A DNA stretch of 64,000 bases from the NCBI GenBank assembly GCA_048128005.1, contig JBEUKZ010000064.1, positions 496,001 to 560,000 on the forward strand. Reading direction: 5' to 3'. The position numbers and the translations under genes are program-made. Numbering within the stretch: the stretch's first letter is position 1; each line of letters starts with the position of its first letter. The notes under the pieces were generated by a model that worked only from the letters and a program-made list of their open reading frames with translations, was not told the DNA's origin and made no database searches. Shown in pieces: positions 37,329-53,501 of the stretch. The DNA comes from Veleropilina oligotropha. Its lineage: Eukaryota.

Positions 37329-40116
37329 CACTACGCTGGCAGTGAAATTATTCTTTGGTCTAGATGCTTCTGAATCTTGAAATTAAAATACTTAAATTAT
37401 TTTGCAGAAACCATAATGGCTGCTGGTCTTGGAAATTTAATTTGTAACGCACATGTGCTTTCCAACACTTAATGGAGAAAGCTTAAGCTTTGAATACTTT
37501 TGCACATTCGGAATAATTCAAATAGTTTAAATTCTATATCAGCAATGTTATAACATCATGCTCCTAGTTCTGGAATGCACAGTGCCCATCCCAGACCACA
37601 GATGCAAGCCGACAGGGGCATACTCCTTCTCATAGTCAGTTAACACTTTCCATCAGGCTAATACTCATGCTAAGTTATTTTATCGTGTGCTTGTAATGTT
37701 ATCTAGATAATGTTTTTTTGCAAATAGCATAGCAATTGGTATAATATATTAAAGTTATGGAAGATCTGCAAATTAAATTTCATATTTCTGAGAATTTGTC
37801 ATATTCTTATAATAGTACTGCATGTGGAATAACTAAACTCGATACGGACTATTTCTCATTGAAAATGATGTTTTAAATAATCAGAAATCATCTATTTATA
37901 ATCATTACTTCTACTGTATATATCCTGTACATAGACAGAAAATATGGTCCATACTCATTATCAGGAACGGTTCCAACCCATAGGTCCAATGGTTCAGGCT
38001 GCTTCGGCAGCGCAGTGGGCAAGAGTGTCCACTCTAAATTCACTGGCTTAATTCCGCTATTGCGAACAGTAGTGGTTCAATACGTGGCGGAGGCATTGAC
38101 ATCAGTTGTCCGTGACTGGCCGAAGAGGGTGGGTTTACCCGGGCGACCGGGGTTTCCTCCCACGATAACACGGACATGTCCTGCCTTGAACCTCGATGTT
38201 GTAAATATACAGGATATTAAGCATCATTCCTCCTCTAGTTCACACTCCGAGGGTCAACTCCCTTCAAAATCTTATTTATAATTCAGCAAATCGATGTATT
38301 ACATTACGATTCTGTACTGCGGATGCGACCAATTGTATCAGATCTTTTCGGGTGTAAAATTAAATAAGCATACAGTCTGGCTAAAATTAATTCTGTCCAC
38401 ACAATCATATGAAAAACATGTAAGGGGTCAAAGGATCAAATTTTTAACATTAATTACATTCCTGTGTCAGGTGAAATTGAATTTTATATTGCACTTTTAA
38501 GTCGTTATCTGACCACTATTATTGATATGTTCTTTTTGGAAAAGGATTCTGATTCATTACTCGCTCATGTGAAACCAAACTTTTGAAGATTCCGGAGTTG
38601 GTCCATGGTGTCGGAATGAAGTGAAGCCATGACAACGCCAGTTGGCTAATTGCCCACTTGCAGTCCCAGTATGTCACATAATGTGTAGGGTGGTTTTATA
38701 TCATATTCTATATTTCCCTTTTAATAGGATAATTTATGTATGTATACTGGACAAGGAAATCTATCATTTTGTACAACTGTTTTGGTAAATTATTTTGTTT
38801 TTTTAGTCCAAATTGATCAGTAAGAAGACTTACAAGCACATTGATTGGTAAAGATACATTTATTTCATTCCTTTTTTGTGACACTGGAATATCTTCGTCC
38901 TTTCCAAGTATCCCCACTGTTTGTGATGCAATTTTGAATTGAATCAACAGCAGCTATAAATAATAACCTAGATAAAACATCAGACATAGTTTCGATTTCC
39001 GTTAAGGCCGAGTGGTTATGATGCTGGCCCACAGTCACGGAACCAGATAATGATTCGATTTCCAGGAACTTTTTTCATGTGTATGTAGATTTCACACAGT
39101 ATCCAGGGGCGGATTTAAAGGGGGGGCCGCCGACCCTGCTCCCACTTTTGCGGGCGGAACCGAATCTGTTGAATTTGCATTTCTGTATAAAAATGATGCA
39201 TTATGATACTTTTGATAAAACCCAACACCTATTTTTTAATTCAGTCATTAGTAGCATTAACATCGGGTCAATGACGAAATGGTGCTGTGTGCAAATGAGG
39301 CAGCGAACATGGAGAAAATCTCCAATATTGAACAAGACTTTCCATTTGTAGACCAGCACTGTATCCACTCGGGCCATGCTGCCCTTCTGAAGATGGATCA
39401 GCACTGTATCCACTCGGGACTTGTTGCCCTTCTGGAGATGGAGCCCACCTAAAACACCTTTCAAATAATTTCTTCAAATTCCACAATTCATCAGACAAAG
39501 GTTGCATAAAAGTAATGTTTAGATTCTCAGGCACAGCGCATCAACTATTTTTCTTAAAATATTTTTTTGACAATGTATGTTCAACAATAATTGTTTCGCG
39601 AGTAGTTTTCTAGTTCATATTTTGCATTTTTACTTGTGCTAAAACGTAGCACTATAAGCAAGTCATCAGATGACATATCCCCCCGGTGGAATGTTAATTT
39701 TAACACCACATCCCTGCAATATCCCCCGCAATGATAAATTAACAAGTAGCGAATCCTAGACCCGGCAAGTTGAGGGGAGGTATCACCTCCCACGGTAGCA
39801 AAAATCAATAGGCGACGTGTCCTCATCATACCAAACGTGTATATCTAATTTGAATCAAATCGGATATTAGCCTTTCACTGTGGAGTGCACACAAGAAATC
39901 TCCTCAAGGAAAATGGCCGCTACGGCGGCCATCTTGAATCCGAAATCATTAGGTGGTGTTTCCTCATCATAACGTGCATACAAAATTTGAATCAAATCTG
40001 ATTAAAATGTTGCAGTAAAGCGTGCACATGAAATCTCTCCAAACAAAATGGCTGCCATCTTGAATCCAAAACCGACGAAAATCGTTAGTCGGTGTGTCCT
40101 CACCATAACTAACACG

Positions 40117-40294
40117 CAGGGGTGTCATTAATAGGCGGGTACCGGGTATTTTTACCCGCCTGTAAGCTAATGTGTACCCTCCTGACATTCTCATATTACA
40201 TTGACTTTTATAGTAGCAAATAATGTATTAGCTAAAAATTACCCGCCTGTCGAAAATAAATACCCTCCTATTGCTTTTCTTATTGAAACCCCTG
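40117..40294. mobile_element. 178-bp hAT-like MITE with 6-bp TSD (copy B only)
   Basis: Termini CAGGGGTGTCA / TGAAACCCCTG; AACACG on both flanks; empty site at ~13622; related inverted end at ~43780-43828. Confidence 0.88.
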
Positions 40295-40972
40295 AACACG
40301 CATACCAAATTTGAATGAAATCGAATTAAAAAATTTCACTATAAAGTGCGCACAAGAAATCTCTCCAAACAAAACTTTGATTCGAAAATCATTGATGGCG
40401 TATCCTCATCATAACTAAAGCGCATACCGAATTTGAACTTTTCTCTGTAGAGCTCACACCAAATTTACAACAAGGGCAATAACTCTGTTATTGATCGTCG
40501 CAATTAGCAAAAGGCACCAGTTCACCAACTACTTAATACACCCACTAAGTTTCGTAAAGTTATGTTGAGCGGTGTAAGAGATACGCTCCGGAAGACAAAA
40601 TATTAACGAATGTACAAGGGCAGTAACTCTGTTAATAATTACCGCACGTCGAAAATGGCAAAAGGTACCAGTTCACAGACTACTTAATAGTAAATACATC
40701 CAAGTTTCATAAAGTTATGTCGAGCGGTGTAAGAGATAACTGATATGCTCCGGAAACGATATCGATTACATACAGACAGACTGGGCTGATCGCAAGATCC
40801 CCCCGTTAGTAACTGGGGGGATACAAATTGCACAAAGGCCTACCTAAAAGACCTCCTTCCTTCATCACATTTCAAAAATGCGAATCTAAAAATTAAATTA
40901 AAAACTACTAATGGTTGAGTTAACATTTATACCTGTAGAGCTTTCATGAAAAGCCAATGATTCTTTGTCACA

Positions 40973-40978
40973 TTTATT
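40973..40978 (-). promoter_or_regulatory. Candidate polyadenylation signal of beta-tubulin
   Basis: AATAAA on the minus strand ~52 nt downstream of the stop codon. Confidence 0.6.
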
Positions 40979-41030
40979 TCCACTTTATAAGTACATTACG
41001 ATTTTTATAAAATGTTCTGTATATGACAGC

Positions 41031-42119
<1,089 letters not shown>

Positions 42120-42668
42120 CTATTTTTTTTATTAAAATTCAGTTAATTTAAGACAACCTCGCAGTGGTAAAGCGCAGCTCTCACACTTCACTCAGACAAA
42201 GTGCGCTGATTCGACCGGAAGATGTTTATTACTCACATTAAATTAATGATTTGTCATTTTAATAGCTGACAGGCGATTCGCCGTGGATCTTCTTTTCATG
42301 GATTGGATTGAATCGATGCTATTTAATGTTCTGCATCAGGTTCAAAACAGGGCATGTCCATATTGCATGACGATTGCCTGGTGAAACCCGCCCTCTGGAC
42401 AGTTAGACGACTGTGATTGCTAACTGTACAAAGAATGTCATTGCCCCACCCAGATTCAAACGCACTCCTGTTAGTCAGCAGCCTCCTTTCCATGGTAATA
42501 TTGACAATTTACAATGTTACCATAACAAAAGGAACAAAAAAATGAAATCAAAGTTGGGAATAATAGATAAATAAACAGTCACATGGGCTTCAATAAGAAA
42601 AGCAATAGAAGGATACTGTAAATGCCTATATTTTAGCGTGCCTTTTATTTTCGCGTATCTAACTTTAT

Positions 42669-43604
42669 TATATAAATGGTGCTGTTATTCGTTACATAAT
42701 GGCAAAACTAGCGAAACCTCGACCCAGCAAGTCGAGGGGATGTATCCCCCCCCTCCCACGGTAGCTTAAATCAATAGGCACCATGTCCTCATCATACCAA
42801 ACATGTATACCAAATTTGAATCAAATTGGATTAGAACTATTCACTGTAGATTGCGCACAAGAAATATCTTCAAATAAAATGGCCGCCGCGACGGCCATCT
42901 TGGATCCGAAAATCGTTACGTGGCGTGTCCTCATCATAACTAACATGCATACTAAATTTGAATCAAATCGGATAAGAAATTTTCACTGTAGAGCGTGCAC
43001 AAGAAATCTCGTCAAACAAAATGGCCACCATCTTGTATCCGAAAACGACGAAAATCTTTAGGTGGCATGTAGCGCATACCAAATATGAATCAAATCGGAT
43101 CATAACTTTTCACTGTAGAGCACACACAGGAAATCTCTCCAAACAAAATTGACCACCGACGGCCATCTTGGATCCGAAAATCGTTAGGTGGCATGTCCTC
43201 ATCATAACTAACGTGCATACCAAATTTGAATCAAATCGGATTAGAATCTTTCACTGTAGAGCGCACACAATAAATCTCTGCGGCGGCGGCTGAAAAATGA
43301 CTAAACCATACTATCCCTGAAATGTTAAATTTCGGGGATACAAATATAATCGGTAATTCACTCATCTATAATTTCACTCACGTGACGTCATAAAAACGCT
43401 GTCCATGGCGACGTTATAATGGCGAACTAATTTTCAACATAACGTCAACAGCGCACGCGTTCGTTCTTCCACAAAAATAAGCATGACTATACAATGGTAA
43501 TATTATCTTATTGATAACTAATCCATTTATATAATAAATAGAGCATTCAATGTTATGTCAGAAATATTAAATATATTTCTGACATGCCATCAAATACCCT
43601 CTAT
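42669..43604. mobile_element. Terminal-palindrome element split by a HINE (42706-43341); the right duplication breakpoint lies 17 bp inside it
   Basis: Starts TATATAAATGGTGCTGTTATTCG and resumes AAATATAATCGGTA...CATCAAATACCCTCTAT, as in 34725-35182. Confidence 0.72.
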
Positions 43605-44514
43605 TTATCGCAAAAATAAAGGCCGCGAAATATTTTATGGAAAAAAGCTCAATTAGCTTCTAAAGGGACTAAAAATCGCTAATTTACAAGACCGCATTTT
43701 ATGGCAAATACATCATTTACTAATAATAAAAACAATGTGATATGAGAATGTCAACAGGGTACACAATGGCATACTGGGAGGTAAAAATACCCGGTGCCCG
43801 CCTATTATAAAATTTATCGACACCCCTGGTCACACTAGGAAAGCTGTATATTACTCTTTTGAGCAGTTCCATAGAAATTAGGACAAGGCTGAATTTTTTT
43901 TTTTTACAATTTGGCATTTTTAGCAACATTAATTTCAAGTTATATTTTGCATGTCCAAATCATGTCATGGTCACATTTTGACACCTGGACCAGTCCAATG
44001 ATGAGGTGGAAAATTATTAATGTTGCATTTTTGACTTATGACTCAATGCCTTTCTAGAAAAGCATAACATGATGCAATATCTATTTAAAGTACTCCTCTA
44101 CACATTAATTTGTGAGTACAAATGTCACGTTAGTCACAATGGAATTGCTGTTCGACTACATATAATTATTATTAAAAGGCTAGGATGTAGGAGTCCGATA
44201 ATGTCATTAATTTATTATTTTGTTAATCATGGACTTCTCCAGTAGGGTCTGAGCCAATGGCATGTACTTTGATAATTAATATTTCCATCGCTACTCTTCA
44301 TTACAAATAAAATAGCGGTTAATTGCATGACATTTGATTTTTTATCACCATTTTTTAAAATACCCACGTATTATAGCGATTTGACCAATTTATCGTAATA
44401 ATTTATCGAAATAAAATATTGAAAAATGAATTTGTTGATTCTCTAACAACCTTTCTATCTTCAATAAATTTGTGATTTTAAAACTTGTACCGTCATAAGG
44501 AGGAATTATGCTTA

Positions 44515-46501
44515 GGCCAAATAAAATTATATGTGTGTTTCCTATTACATTGTCAAAAACAATAGGTAGGGTAGGTAGGTGAAATGTTTTTTTTGTGTGA
44601 AATCTTTTTATTACCAATTTACTAGGGTAGGTAGGCAGCCATCAACTTTTTTTTTTCTTTCAACAAACTGATCAATATTGCGTAGTGTAACAGTGCAATA
44701 AATGTGTATGTCAAGACTTGTCTATGTGTATATATACTATTACAAACATTGTATTTCATGGCAAATTTACACAACCATGGGAGCATTTTTGTATACAACT
44801 TTATTCATAAATCTTTCACAAATAATCTGGATCCAATGCATGGTTCATAAGATGATATAGTTATATCCCTTTATTTTAAAACAATATTGAACAGGATATT
44901 GGCAATAATTTGCACCTGCCAGACATACGTAATACTGTTATTATCAGATTCACTATACTTTGATCAGATACACATGGAAAAAACGGCCTCGTTATATTAT
45001 TAAAGGAAACTTCATTTCGGACAAGCAGACAACTAACAATTTCTTCGACGGAAACCGACAACGATGATGATGCTACAGTAGCTTGTATTAGTTGGTATTA
45101 AAGTGGAACTCACCTTTAAATTAAGTGGCTCAATAAAATTTTCTGTAAATAACATACAACAAAGCGAACTTTTATTCACTAGAGAGTTCCAATTATTGAA
45201 TAGATGTTTGTCGCCAAGTCGCGGTCGAGATGTTATGCGGTATTTTATTACATTTTGCAATGATATCAACAGATTAAAGATAAGTAAAAACAACGTCTAA
45301 TTTACAAAATTGACAATTGCAACACAGGGGTCAAGCTGTGTTAATGAACAGGGAGAATCGACTTCACTTTTGAGAGCCAACAAGGAGAAGTCAGACCTGA
45401 CAGAGAGAAGTGACAATATTGTAAATAAAAAACACATTACGAAATAAAAAACATATTACATAATTTGAGCAATTATTGTTTTTAATGCCCTTGTGTATTA
45501 AATATATTTTTACAACTGTTTGTTTATATGGATTGTTTATATAATAATAATTATATTCAATTTAATAAATAGACAATTTACATTAAATAAAATGTTATAT
45601 ATTTCCTTGATTTCCATTTATCAAAAAACCGACTAAATAAATATTTCAATATGATAAGATTGGTCCATCATGAGAAATTCTACAATGTTCATTATCGATC
45701 GTTTGTTCCATACTGAAGATGGTGAATCTGATATTTTGTGGAAATCCCCTTTTGACATAACCTAGTTATTGGTAATGGTATAGGGCGACAACTTTTACTT
45801 TTAATATAAAGCTTGTATTCCCCGTAGATATCGTTATCTGACATGCATTCATTGTCAACATAATACAATTGTTAACTTTGAAAAAACCCGACAGTATTTT
45901 CATTGTTAGCGCAAAATTAATTGCCGAAACTAATTTTCAATGCGTTTTATAATCACGGAAACAGCCGAAGTGCGATCGTAAACAACCGTGATTTGATTCG
46001 TGTAAACCCCTTAGAAACAATGGCTGCTTGTTTTCCATGTGTCGATCGATTCTTTGGTCGCAAAAAATATGCTGTATGACGGAAATTTCACAGCGGAGTT
46101 ACCGACAACGTAGAACGTGTCGCACATTTCATCGGTATGTCATTGTTTTGTGAATAAAGATGTATACGTAATTAAGACTGATCCAATTTTCAAGTTGTCG
46201 CAAAAATCATATGATTATGAAAAACTTGTTCAAAAAGTGTTATCCATGAATGATGATGGCACGTTAGATTTTAATATTCTATGAAAGCGAGTTGTAAAAG
46301 TTCTTTATAATTAAGTATTATTTAGTATAACATGCAAAAAAAGACAAACGTGTATGGAAAATAAAAATCAATAGGTAAACGTCGGGGGTCGGCGTCATTT
46401 CTTTTTATTTTATTTTAAAATCGTCATAAAAAGTTTAGGGTCCGCACCAATATGTAGGTAGGGTCGGGTAACCGGAAACACACATATATTTTTATTTGGC
46501 C
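44515..46501. mobile_element. Non-autonomous TIR element with TTA TSD (Zator-like)
   Basis: TIR GGCCAAATAAAATTATATGTGTGTTTCC / GGAAACACACATATATTTTTATTTGGCC; TTA on both flanks; subterminal GGTAGG/GGTCGG motifs. Superfamily inferred from GG ends and TWA TSD. Confidence 0.75.
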
Positions 46502-46747
46502 TTAATGTCCTGTATATTAATAACATCGAGGTTCAAGGCAGGACATGTTCGTGTTATCGCGGGAGGAAACCCCCGTCATAAGAAGGGAAAGTTATTGAAA
46601 CACAAATGTAGACAACACAATTTTCTCAATATTAAATGGCAAAATCAAATGAAAAATAAGAGTTATCAAAAGAAGACGTATCCCCCCCCCCCCGGGTGGA
46701 ACGTTAATTTTAACACCACATCCCTGCAATCATGATGGGTAAATTAA

Positions 46748-49288
46748 CAACTAGTGAATCCTCGACCCGGCAAGCTGATGGGATGTTGTATCCCCTCCCA
46801 CGGTAGGAAAAATCAATAGGTGCCGTGTCCTAATCATACGAAACGTGTATAATATAAGTTGAATCAAATCGGATATTAGCTTTTCACTGCTGAGTGCACA
46901 CAAGAAATATCCTCAAAGAAAATGGCCGCCACGGGGGCCATCTTGAATCTGAAATTGTTAGGCGGTGTTTCCCCATCATAACTAACGTGCATACCAAATC
47001 GGATTAAAATATTTCACTGTAAAGCGCGTACATGAAATCTCTCCAAACAAAATGGCTGCCACGGCAGCCATCTTTGATCTGAAAACGACGACAGAGTGTC
47101 CTCATCATAACAAACTTGCACCAAATTTGAATCAATTCGGATTAGAACTTTTCACGGAAGAGCGCACACAAGAATTCTCGTCCAATAAAATTACCACCGC
47201 AGCGGCCATCTTTGATCCGAAAATCGTTAGGTGGCGTATCATCATCATAACTAAACCGAATACCGAATCAAATCGGATTAGCGCACACAACAAATTTACA
47301 ACAAGGCAAGCCGCGATTTTCACGCGAACGATCGTTTCGTTCGCGTGTCGGTTACGCAAATCCAAAATGACGCGAACGAAATCAAACTTTGTTTTTTTCA
47401 AATAATTGTATCCGTCTGAAAAACAACATGCAAATTCGCCAGATTATCTATTACTTCTGTCATAAATTATATATTTTACAATAATTCATATGACCTTGAC
47501 CTTTGACCCATCTTTGAACTTGGGCAAGGCCTGATGGTACAGAAGGTGCATACCAAATATGAAGTGTAGGTCTAGCGGTTCGTCTAGCTTCTATGTGACA
47601 GAAAGAAATCTTGCAAAAACAGAACGGAAATACACGTAAATGACCTTGACCTTGGACCCAGTGACCCTATCTTTGAACTTAGGCAAGGCCTGATGGTACA
47701 CAAGGTGTATACCAAATATGAAAAGCGTAGGTCCAGCTGTTCAACTTCTACGTGACAGAAAGCAGTTCCAAGTCAAGAATGGATATACACGAAAATGACC
47801 TTGAACTTTGACCCAATCTTTGAACTTACGCAAGGCCTGATGGTATACAAGGTGTATACCAAATATTTAAATCGTACGTGCAGCGGTTCGTCTTCTATGG
47901 TGACAGAAAGCAATTTTCCAAGTCAAGAACGGAAATACACGAAAATGACCTTGACCTTTGACCCAGTAACCCCAACTTTGAACTTGGGCAATGCCTGATG
48001 GTACACAAGGTGTATACCAAATATGAAAAGCATAGGTCCAGCAGTTCGTCTTCTATGTGACAGAAAGCAATCTTCTAAGTCAAGAACGGATATACACGAA
48101 AATGACCTTGACCTTTGAACTTAGGCAAGACCTGATGGTATACAAGGTGTATACCAAATATGAAAAGCATACGTGAAGCGGTTTGTCTTCTATGTGACAG
48201 AAAGCAATCATCCAAGTCAAGAACGGAAATACACGAAAATGACCTTGACCTTTGACCCAGTGACCCCATCTTTGAACTTAGGCAAGGCCTGATGGTACTC
48301 AGCTTGCTTTTATATGACAGCAAAGCTATTAATAATAAAACATAGGTAACATAACCTGATCGATAGTCATGAATTAAGTGATTGAAATTGAAATAACTTT
48401 AAAAAATTTAATTTTACCATAATAAATATTGAATTACTACCTAAAATCGACTCCGGTGGCAATATTTCATATCACACCTTTTGCGATGGACAATGCATAT
48501 TTCAGGGTATATATTCTACAGTTGGCATCTATGATGATCACGAAATTAATAGTAGTATTACAATATTTCCCTTGCAGTTAGTCAGTGCAAGTATAATAGT
48601 ATGACCATGTTATGAATACTGGCTGGATATTTTGGACAAAAGCCATCTGATCGGAAGGAAACATTAAATCTGGAGTCTATGCTGAAATATTGCTAAAAGC
48701 GGACGTACAATATTTCACCAATTAATCAATGTTTGGAAGGCTTACTAGCCTACGCTTGCGTCTAATCTGTTAATTATAAGCATAACATCTTTCGCGTCAC
48801 CCATATTAAGTGAAATACATGACAAATAATTTGCATAACCAAATGGGTTACGCCAGTAAAATTAACGTAACCCAATTTTGGGTTACGTAGATTTTTCAAT
48901 TATCGTGGTCTGCAAGGGCAACAACTCTGTTATTAATTGTCGCACAACGTTGCAATTAGCAAAAGGCACCAATTCACCAACTACTTAATACACCCAGCAA
49001 GTTCGTTAAGTTATGTCGAGCGGTACGTGTAAGAGATATGCTCCGGAAGAGAAAACATTAACAAATGTACAACAAGGGCATTAACTCTGTTAATAATTGG
49101 CGCACAATGTCGAAACTGCCAAAAGGCACCAGTTCACCGGCTACTTGATACACCCAGCAAGTTTCGTAAAGTTCTTCGAGTGGTGTAAGAGATATGCTCC
49201 GGAAACGATATCGATTACATACATACAGACGGACGGACAGACAGACTGGGCGATCGCAAGATCCCCCCGTTAGTAACCGGGGGGATAA
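46748..49288. mobile_element. HINE/DINE-like element with nested satellite and other inserts
   Basis: Same termini as 13250-14151 (GAATCCTCGACCCGGCAAG start; (GACG/GACA)n and ATCCCCCCGTTAGTAACCGGGGGAT end). Confidence 0.6.
47490..48298. repeat. Tandem array of ~150-bp units (about five and a half copies)
   Basis: Unit ATGACCTTGACCTTTGACCC..CTTTGAACTTAGGCAAGGCCTGATGGTAC.CAAGGTGTATACCAAATATGAA...GTGACAGAAAGCAA starts at ~47490, 47640, 47795, 47945, 48102 and 48239. Confidence 0.85.
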
Positions 49289-50423
49289 TGAGCAAGTTTA
49301 ACTTTAGGCCTAAAAAAAATGTTTTGTTTCCTGTTACGTATGTTATGTATCATTGTAATTTACTAGATTTTAATAGATCATTTACAGACATGAAGATCGG
49401 ATGGAAAATAGCCAAGTTTAATGCTTCACAATTATGTATTTATTAAGAAAGTATTAATTTATTATAATTTTATTACATATGTATTGTACATGCATGTAAT
49501 CTTATTTATAAATTAATTGATAAATTACCCCCCCCACCCCCCCTCCAAAAAAATCATATCAAAATAATATTTAATAGCCAGAAATCGAACAGAATATTCC
49601 CAGTGCTTAAGTTCCTAAATTATTTAATATTTTTCATTTTTGTTTTAAAAAAATTACAGTCAATAAATTCCGACTTCGGAAATATCGCGGCAAAGAAATA
49701 ACCAGGATATATATTTCGGTACGATGTTTACCAGCTTCGGCTGTTTCCGTCAAATATCGCACGAGCGAGATTCGGGAATTATAAGTTTGTTATTTTGAAG
49801 ACTTCATTGGTAAAGCGGAACGCAATATCCGAGTCGGTCATAAAAGTTCCCGATTAAATTTGCTAAATACGATAAATAGATATTATATTTATTCCTTTAA
49901 ATATTTTTCATATCAAAGTTTAACCATTTTTAACGAGCTCTCATGATTATAAATTTGTGAACCCCACAGAAAACGTACTTCCAATATCGTTCCTGCAGAT
50001 GTAAACAAATGTGTACTTCGCCAACTTTTGTTAGAGTAAATCACCGATACTTACAGAGCAAGTAGCCTTAAATGGCCTAGGTTGGATGTGTACCATGTTG
50101 CAGGCCTTGTCTTGTAAAAACCGGAGGCGAGCTATAACAGCTCGCCTTAAATAGAAATTTACCCTCGAGGCGAGCGATTTCAATATCATCATATATCACA
50201 CTGCAAAAATATATCTAAGACTCTTTCAATGTATGATGTACTACAATACATTTTTCTATTTCATGTATTTTAGTTTGAATAAAATACTTATATTTACATT
50301 AAAGTATAATATATACAGTAATAATTTTAAGTAGTCTTACTAGTATATTTATATACAAATGCTATCAGAGAATACATTAATAATTTTCACAATGTGTATG
50401 ACCATTTCTATTTTTTAATTAAA

Positions 50424-50631
50424 ACTAGAAATATGTCCATCGGACACGAATGCCCCCACTGGCAGCCTTGACCATAGGGGCAGTGTACAAAGTATCAAGT
50501 CAATCCATGAAGGCAAATAGAAGTTATAGCAGATTGGAGTTGCTTACACGCAAATACTGGTTCGGTTCGGACGGGACGGGACGGACAAGAGTAAATCTAA
50601 ATGCCACCCCAATAAATTGGTGGTGGCATAA
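50424..50631. mobile_element. Short HINE/DINE-like element
   Basis: AACTAGAAAT..GGACACGAATGCCCCC start, (GGAC)-type microsatellite, terminal hairpin ATGCCACC..GGTGGCAT. Confidence 0.55.
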
Positions 50632-50908
50632 AAACATGTATATATTAGGTCATGGTTAATTTGAACTCTCTCAATGTGACTGTTTATAAATAGTGGCAAC
50701 TTTTCCTACTGTCAAAGGGCTCTAAAATTGTCTGAGGTCATGTTTATCAATAAATGTATCCAACCCCAGAAGATCAAAGAATTGTTCATCTCCATCAGCA
50801 AGTTTGGAGAAATGGGTCAGCTAGCTAATTTGCATACACACAAATGCTTGACTTGTGTGTCAGAAACGAAACTTAACCCAGTAAATTATATAATTTAACA
50901 GAGGCTTA

Positions 50909-51335
50909 AGCCCCGTTTACACTACCAAGTATAATGCGCATTAAAATAAATCGGTTTCGAACCGGTTTATAATAATCCGGCTTAAATTGCGTTTAGACAC
51001 AAATAAGGATTATTTCTGTGGGTGTTATCACCTTGTAATCGGAGGTCGGCCAGAGGCATGTTTTGCCGAAGTGCCAAAATAAACATTGCTCAACAGGTCG
51101 AATCATGTACAGGCATACGACTCAAATCGAGGCTAACCGGTTTGAAGTCAGTTGGCGCGTTTACATTACAAACTGGATCGGATTAAAATTCTCAAGCCGG
51201 CTTCAAACCACATCAGGAGGTGGTTCTTTTTAAGCGGGTTCAAGTCGACTTATTTGCGTTTAGACACGCCAATATAATGCGCATTATTTTAAACCGGTTT
51301 CGAACCGGCTTATATTTGGTAATGTAAACGGGGCT
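50909..51335. mobile_element. 427-bp PIF/Harbinger-like MITE, solo copy
   Basis: Nearly identical to 16540-16966; flanks TTA / TAA. Confidence 0.9.
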
Positions 51336-53117
51336 TAATACTAATTAATGTGGAATGAAAAGCATTTTAGAACTTGTAATGTTTAACTAGAGCACTCTTG
51401 AAAATATTGCTTTATAAAAATGCTTCATGACTGAGTCCGAAACTAAAATAAACTTATTCAGACGGGGTCACGTGACTGTCTGGATCCGACAGCTTCTGCT
51501 ATACTGTCTGGAAATATATTCTCGGGTTTTGCTGGACTTTTTCAAAGAACATAATTATGGTTGGACATAACAACATGCTATATATTGCCTAACAAAGAAC
51601 AGGATCATGAATAAATTGTTGCAGGAACTTAGTAAGTTGCATAAATATTCTACTCGCCCAACAAGAAATATTTGTTTTTGCTATTTTCTGGAAATGTAAA
51701 ATTGACAATAAAAAAATTACAGTCGGGGGTAAACTAGTAGGGACACCCATGGCACATAAAAATCGTACTAAATTCATAATCAACACGATGGTGAAGTGTC
51801 GTGATGAAAACGGTCACCATATGGAAGATATATTACTATAATTAATCACTCACCCATACGCTAAAATAGAGTTAGAACTCATTTCTTATCACACACTTGT
51901 CGACTATGTTCGCTGTTTATGACTGCTAACGGAAGTGCAAGTTTGATGACGTCATGTCAGGGTTATATGAAAAAGTTGAATCGTTAAAAATTTTGAGTTG
52001 CGGAAAATAATGATATGTACAGCACAATAAGTGGCTTAAATTACGAAAATTTCCGCACTAATCCGCAATTTTGATGTTACAAAATTTTAAATTATACCCA
52101 AATGAATGAGATGGATCCTTTGACGGCGAAAAAACCAATTCAAAACGATCTATAATTAGTATTAAAATATTTGACCTTCTAAAAAATTGGTCAAAAAATA
52201 TATCTTTTATACAAAATCAAAGTATATATATATATATGAGTAAAAATATGCTAATGTGTAACATAATGGGGACAAAGGGCTAAAAAAATAGAATACACCG
52301 TTTTATTCTGGCAACAACTGTATTTCAAACATGAAACCTTCTATTTCTTAAATTCCACATGCAGAATATAGCATATTCGATCATGCGCCCAATAATTGGT
52401 ACAGAAATACATAAATCAGTAATCTCACGTATGTCATTTTGACAGATATTTTCATTTTAATTCAGCTGCAAAATATACTAAATGTCACTTAATTTTTGTT
52501 TGAATGATAGAACATGCATACAAAACATTTAAACAATGATCACAATGATCAGTACATCTTTTGTTAAGTTCAATCCTAGCCATGTCCAATCTTTTCATAC
52601 CATCAATCGTTTCAAATTCTAGACAGGTAATATAGTTTCCTCAAATAGCAAATTAAAGCAAACGTGATGGACGAAACAGCCATTTAGACATTATTCAAGT
52701 TAATTTTAGTCTTCCCAATTTCAATATAATAAGCAATATTGTCACATAGCACACAGAGCCAATTTCAAACAAATCTCACGTATGTCATTTTGACAGCTAT
52801 TCATTGCATAAAGATCACAAAACCTGTTACCCGTCCTTCGAAGGGAGAAGTTAAACTGATGTTCTTACTGAAATACTGTTAAACGTGGTTGTAAATCATC
52901 TGGTTCAAATTATCATGTTAAGATCTAGGGTAATATTAAGACATGTCCATATTAACGTGAGAGGCTGTCTGGATTATACCCTGAAAACAATCCGACCATT
53001 TATGGACCGTCATGACTGCTAACCCCAATGTGTCATCTACAAATTTCGAACCACCATAGTCAGTATGAAGTGAACACGTTAATGATAGATTTTCTTTAAT
53101 TTCCCCATGTAGACTAA

Positions 53118-53501
53118 ACAAGAGCTGTCGGAAGGACAGCATGCTCGACTATCAAAAGCTGGATCGATGAAAATGCCATAATGAATACAACTGTAAGAAG
53201 TTTGAAAGGTGTATTGGTGTATAAATATGAACATTTTGTGATCAAAGGCCCTTCATGCAAAACATTAACCTGAATTATCTAAGTCGAAAAAGGGGAATAA
53301 TTTGGTAAAATAACGAAGCCAGAGTTATTACGCCAGTAATCTAAGGTCGCATAATGACGTTGAACAAGTGTATGAAATTTGAAAGGTGTAGTGTGAAAAA
53401 TTTGTGAGAAAAGACCCTTCATGCAAAATGTTAACCTCAAGTTTGACGCTGACGACCGAGTGACTGCAATAGCTCGTACAATTCTAGAATAGTCGAGCTA
53501 A
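53118..53501. mobile_element. HINE/DINE-like element
   Basis: ACAAGAGCTGTC.GAAGGACAGCATGCTCGACTAT start; terminal hairpin TAGCTCG..AGTCGAGCTA; longer sibling at 57821-58527. Confidence 0.65.

Noticed and set aside
47490..48298. Regularly spaced repeats resembling a CRISPR array
   Set aside because: Whole ~150-bp units repeat with no unique spacers, no cas genes, eukaryotic context; it is a satellite.
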